This document shows positions 60,108 through 64,000 of a stretch of 64,000 bases of DNA, piece after piece (position 1 is the stretch's first letter; every line of letters starts with the position of its first letter). Both the position numbers and the translations under genes were made by a program. The DNA is from Patescibacteria group bacterium. Its GTDB lineage: Bacteria > Patescibacteriota > Patescibacteriia > Veblenbacterales > UBA10138. The notes under the pieces were generated by a model. The model made no database searches and was not told the origin of the DNA. It worked only from the letters and a program-made list of their open reading frames with translations. Location of the stretch: NCBI GenBank assembly GCA_041645215.1, contig JBAZQK010000005.1, positions 23,562 through 87,561 of the forward strand. The letters are read 5' to 3'.

Positions 60108-60575
60108 ATGCGTGGAAAAAAGAAAACGCCGAAACGTAATATTTTGCCCGACCCCAAGTATAACAGCGTGGTGTTGTCTCGTTTTATTAATAAAATAATG
60201 GAGCGCGGCAAAAAAACCGTCGCCCGCAAGATAGTTTACCAGGCGCTGGCCGTGATTGCCGACACCACCAAGCAGGACCCGTTGGAAGTGTTTGATTTGG
60301 CAATGAAGACAGTCGCCCCGCAAGTTGAAGTTCGGGGGCGTCGGGTTGGCGGCGGTAATTATCAGGTGCCGGTGGAAGTTCGGGGCGAGCGGAAACAAAC
60401 CCTGGCGATGCGTTGGCTAATTCAAGCTTTTCGGGCCAAAACCGGCCGGGCGTCGCATTTAAAGCTGGCGGAAGAATTGATGTTAGCCGCCAAAGGCGAA
60501 GGTGACGCGATTAAGAAAAAACAGGATGTGCACCGCATGGCTGAGTCTAACCGCGCCTTCGCGCACTTCGCATAG
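60108..60575 (+). CDS. rpsG: 30S ribosomal protein S7
   Basis: Typical S7 sequence (VLSRFINKIMERGKK...MRWLIQAFR). Confidence 0.95.
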   Translation: MRGKKKTPKRNILPDPKYNSVVLSRFINKIMERGKKTVARKIVYQALAVIADTTKQDPLEVFDLAMKTVAPQVEVRGRRVGGGNYQVPVEVRGERKQTLAMRWLIQAFRAKTGRASHLKLAEELMLAAKGEGDAIKKKQDVHRMAESNRAFAHFA

Positions 60576-60675
60576 TTTAATGCAAAATTGAAAAATCAAA
60601 TATCAAAATGATAATGCAAAGCCCGAAATGATTAACTAATTTTTCATTTTGATTTTTCATTTTTGAATTTTTATT
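60575..60675. repeat. AT-rich palindromic intergenic element between rpsG and fusA
   Basis: aaaattgaaaaatcaaatatcaaaatgataatgcaaag ... tttttcattttgatttttcatttttgaatttttatt. Confidence 0.7.
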
Positions 60676-62757
60676 ATGCCTCGTGAATACAGTCAGGACA
60701 AAACCCGTAATTTTGGTGTAATCGCTCACATTGACGCCGGTAAGACCACAGTCTCAGAGCGGATTTTGTTTTATACCGGAAAGAAACACAAGATCGGCGA
60801 GGTGCACGAGGGCGAGGCGACGATGGATTGGATGGAGCAAGAAAAAGAGCGCGGTATTACTATAACCGCCGCCGCCACCACTTGTTTTTGGAAAGAGCAC
60901 CGGATGAATTTGATTGATACCCCCGGCCATATTGATTTTACCGTGGAGGTTAAACGCAGTTTGCGCGTTTTGGATGGTGGGGTGGTGGTATTTGACGGTG
61001 TGGCCGGAGTAGAACCGCAGTCGGAAACTAATTGGCGCTACGCTGATGATTATATGGTGCCGCGAATTTGTTTTATTAACAAAATGGACCGCATGGGGGC
61101 GGATTTTTACGCTGACTTAAAATCAATTTACGACCGTTTGACTAGGAACGCCTTCGCCCTGCAGTTACCAATCGGGGCGGCCGACACTTTTACCGGTTTG
61201 ATTGATTTATTAACGCGACGGGCCATTGTTTATACGGATGAGTTGGGTCAGAAATGGGAAGAGAGTGACGTGCCGGATGATATGAAAGATTTAGTGGAGG
61301 ATTATCGCCATCGGTTGGTGGAGGCGATTGCCGAGCATAATGATGATTTGTTGCAACTTTATTTGGAAGGCAAAGAAATTCCGCTGGCGGATTTAAAGCG
61401 CGGCTTGCGCCGGGCTTGTATTGCCAACGCCCTGGTGCCGGTGTTCTGCGGTTCAGCGCTTAAAAACAAAGGCGTGCAGTTTTTGTTGGACGCGATTGTG
61501 GATTATTTGCCATCGCCGTTGGATGTGCCGCCGATTAAGGCCACTGACCCTAAGACCGGAGCGGTGATTGAGCGCCAGCCGCTTGACAGTGAACCGTTTA
61601 CCGCCTTGGCCTTTAAAATCGCGACTGATCCGTTTGTCGGCAAACTGGCTTTTTTTAGGGTATATTCCGGCACGCTTAAATCAGGTTCATATGTGTTGAA
61701 TGCGTCCAATGGCGAAAAGGAAAGAATCAGTCGCATTGTTCGTTTGCATGCTAACTCGCGCGAGGAGGTTAATGAAGTTTATGCCGGTGAAATTGCCGCC
61801 GCCGTCGGCTTAAAAGCGACTACGACCGGTAACACTTTGTGCGACGTTGATCACCCGGTGTTGCTGGAATCAATTGTATTTCCCGAGCCGGTTATTTCAG
61901 TGGCGATTGAACCTAAAACCAAGGTGGATCAGGAAAAAATGGGTTTTGCTTTGCAAAAACTGGCCGAAGAAGATCCAACTTTCCGGGTGCGGAACAATGA
62001 GGAAACCGGCCAGCTTATTATTTGGGGTATGGGCGAGTTGCATTTGGAAATTATCGTTGATCGTTTAAAACGCGAGTTTAAAGTTGAAGCTAACATTGGT
62101 CGGCCGCAGGTGGCTTATAAAGAAACGATTACCAAAATCGCTCAAGCCGAGGGTAAATATATCCGTCAAACCGGCGGTCATGGCCAATATGGTCATTGTT
62201 GGGTCAGAGTTGAACCGCAGGCGACGGGTAAGGGCTTTGAATTTGTGGACGAGGTTAAGGGCGGATCGATTCCGCGCGAATTTATTCCGGCGGTGGGCAA
62301 GGGTATTAAAGAAGCCATCGAGAACGGTGTTTTGGCCGGTTATCCCATGGTTGATGTTAAGGCGGCGGTTTATGATGGTTCTTACCATGACGTTGACTCG
62401 TCCGAGGCGGCTTTTAAAATTGCCGGCTCATTAGCCTTTCAATCAGCTTGCCGACAAGCCAATCCGGTAATTTTGGAACCAATCATGAAAGTTGAGGCGG
62501 TGACGCCGGAAAATTATATGGGTGATGTGATTGGCGATTTAAATTCTAAGCGCGCGCAAATTCTGGAAATGCGCGACCGAATTGGGGTTAAGGCCATAGA
62601 CGCCATGGTGCCGTTGGCGGAAATGTTCGGTTATGCCACTGGTTTGCGCTCTATGACCCAAGGCCGTGGTTCTTATACCATGGAATTTGACCATTACGCT
62701 GAAGTGCCGCGTCATGTGACCGAGGAGATTATCGGTCAAAAAAATAAAGGCGCTTAA
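60676..62757 (+). CDS. fusA: Elongation factor G
   Basis: [17 protein letters not shown] and NKMDR GTPase motifs; full length 693 aa. Confidence 0.95.
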   Translation: MPREYSQDKTRNFGVIAHIDAGKTTVSERILFYTGKKHKIGEVHEGEATMDWMEQEKERGITITAAATTCFWKEHRMNLIDTPGHIDFTVEVKRSLRVLDGGVVVFDGVAGVEPQSETNWRYADDYMVPRICFINKMDRMGADFYADLKSIYDRLTRNAFALQLPIGAADTFTGLIDLLTRRAIVYTDELGQKWEESDVPDDMKDLVEDYRHRLVEAIAEHNDDLLQLYLEGKEIPLADLKRGLRRACIANALVPVFCGSALKNKGVQFLLDAIVDYLPSPLDVPPIKATDPKTGAVIERQPLDSEPFTALAFKIATDPFVGKLAFFRVYSGTLKSGSYVLNASNGEKERISRIVRLHANSREEVNEVYAGEIAAAVGLKATTTGNTLCDVDHPVLLESIVFPEPVISVAIEPKTKVDQEKMGFALQKLAEEDPTFRVRNNEETGQLIIWGMGELHLEIIVDRLKREFKVEANIGRPQVAYKETITKIAQAEGKYIRQTGGHGQYGHCWVRVEPQATGKGFEFVDEVKGGSIPREFIPAVGKGIKEAIENGVLAGYPMVDVKAAVYDGSYHDVDSSEAAFKIAGSLAFQSACRQANPVILEPIMKVEAVTPENYMGDVIGDLNSKRAQILEMRDRIGVKAIDAMVPLAEMFGYATGLRSMTQGRGSYTMEFDHYAEVPRHVTEEIIGQKNKGA

Positions 62758-62760
62758 ACT

Positions 62761-63006
62761 ATGAAATTGGATTTAACCAGATTATTGCCGCTATTACAGC
62801 GGCGGGAGCGAATAATATTAGTTTTACCGGGCGAAGAACCGATCGTGCTGTTGTCGCTGGCTGATTACGAACGTTTGTCACCACTGTCCAGTTCGGCTAA
62901 ATCAGCCCGGACCGATGAATCAACTGTTCATCAGCTTGAAATTATTGACCCGCCCGCCAGTTCAGTGGAAGATGACGACCAATATTATCCCGAGCCGTTG
63001 GAATAA
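62761..63006 (+). CDS. Small Phd/YefM-like antitoxin-fold protein with acidic tail, orphan
   Basis: RERIILVLPGEEPIVLLSLADYERL resembles the Phd/YefM N-terminal region; no toxin partner adjacent; sits between fusA and tuf. Confidence 0.4.
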   Translation: MKLDLTRLLPLLQRRERIILVLPGEEPIVLLSLADYERLSPLSSSAKSARTDESTVHQLEIIDPPASSVEDDDQYYPEPLE

Positions 63007-63188
63007 CCGCCGCCACCGCTGCCCCTTGTCAAAGTTTTAAGATTATGCTAGAGTTATCAAAGTCTAAACTATTAATAAAATTCATATTTAACGACATTAA
63101 TTTTGGCTAGGCAATTAGCTTGATAACCCTTAAATATAAAGGTGATTAAGTTAAGCGAGCCTTAAGCCACAAAGGAGAAAGTAATTTT

Positions 63189-64000
63189 ATGGCCGAAAAA
63201 TTTGATCGTTCCAAACCGCACATCAATGTGGGCACGATTGGCCACGTTGATCACGGCAAAACCACGTTAACCGCTGCTATTTTGCAGGTTTTAAGGTTGG
63301 CTGGTTTTTCCTCGCAAGACAAGGGTGTGGACCAAATTGATAACGCGCCCGAGGAAAAAGCCCGTGGTATTACCATAAATACCGCGCACGTGGAGTATGA
63401 GACGGCCGCCCGCCACTACGCTCACGTTGACTGTCCCGGCCACGCTGATTACATCAAAAACATGATTACCGGCGCCGCCCAGATGGATGGCGCGATTTTG
63501 GTCGTGTCCGCGACTGACGGCCCAATGCCGCAGACGCGCGAGCACATTTTGCTGGCTCGTCAGGTGGGCGTACCTTACATTGTCGTATTTTTGAACAAGG
63601 TTGATATGGTGGATGACAAAGATTTGATTGATTTGGTTGAGGAAGAGATACGGGACTTATTAAAGAAATATGAATTTCCGGGCGACCAAACCCCGATTAT
63701 TCGCGGCAGCGCGCTTAAGGCTTTGGAAGCGGCCAAGGCCGGTAAATTAGATGACCCGTACGCGCAGGGGGTATTGAGTCTGCTTAAGTCTTTGGATGAG
63801 TATATTCCTCTTCCGCAGCGCGAAACCGACAAACCGTTCTTAATGCCGGTTGAGGACATTTTCTCCATTGAAGGCCGCGGCACGGTGGTTACCGGCCGGA
63901 TTGAACGCGGTATTTTAAAACTTAACGACGAAGTTGAAGTTATTGGTTTACGCGATACCCAAAAGACTGTTATTACCGGCATTGAAATGTTTAACAAGTC
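63189..64000 (+). CDS. tuf: Elongation factor Tu, 3'-partial (runs off the window end)
   Basis: AGGAGA RBS; [31 protein letters not shown]...DCPGHADY...NKVD. Confidence 0.95.
   Translation, partial: MAEKFDRSKPHINVGTIGHVDHGKTTLTAAILQVLRLAGFSSQDKGVDQIDNAPEEKARGITINTAHVEYETAARHYAHVDCPGHADYIKNMITGAAQMDGAILVVSATDGPMPQTREHILLARQVGVPYIVVFLNKVDMVDDKDLIDLVEEEIRDLLKKYEFPGDQTPIIRGSALKALEAAKAGKLDDPYAQGVLSLLKSLDEYIPLPQRETDKPFLMPVEDIFSIEGRGTVVTGRIERGILKLNDEVEVIGLRDTQKTVITGIEMFNK

Noticed and set aside
1-64000. Transposase/IS element or integrase/prophage genes
   Set aside because: No ORF with DDE, serine or tyrosine recombinase, or phage structural motifs was recognised. The dispersed repeats are short, non-coding, MITE/REP-like elements.

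Overview
This 64-kb window reads as part of a compact bacterial chromosome: a conserved core backbone interrupted by accessory DNA that is visibly more AT-rich by eye. The core includes rpsF-ssb-rpsR, efp, ychF, typA/bipA, greA, a Clp/Hsp100 ATPase, htpX, lemA, comFC, proB-proC-proA, and a str operon (rpsL-rpsG-fusA, a small Phd-like ORF, then tuf running off the window end). Two accessory regions stand out.

(1) 30.2-41.6 kb: a giant FN3/PPC-domain surface protein followed by four tandem paralogous BNR/Ycf48-like proteins. Each carries a C-terminal T9SS-type sorting domain (NYPNPFNPST...YFYRL) and conserved 5' and 3' flanks. The T9SS domains suggest, by inference only, an FCB-group organism.

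(2) 41.6-54.9 kb: an AT-rich island, judged low-GC by eye. It holds three Nudix hydrolases, a translationally coupled B12-binding radical SAM plus SPASM radical SAM pair, a PPase-like ORF, a PNP/MTAP-like phosphorylase plus thymidylate-kinase-like operon, and an Hsp70-like ATPase. It also holds a candidate T-box riboswitch leader (AAAGGTGGTACCGCG followed by a terminator) in front of a PEP-utilising dikinase with rifampin-phosphotransferase-like domain order, followed by a histidine-phosphatase-family protein. This combination is the most likely candidate for an undescribed system (nucleotide or small-molecule modification, or defence).

Other observations from the sequence: two tRNA-Ser genes embedded among tRNA-derived fragments and short att-like repeats, next to an AT-rich inositol-monophosphatase gene; a membrane glycosyltransferase-like gene split by a single in-frame TAG; and several families of dispersed intergenic hairpin or palindromic elements, including one with compensatory arm changes and one carrying nested GC-rich insertions. 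No CRISPR array, rRNA, transposase or integrase was recognised.
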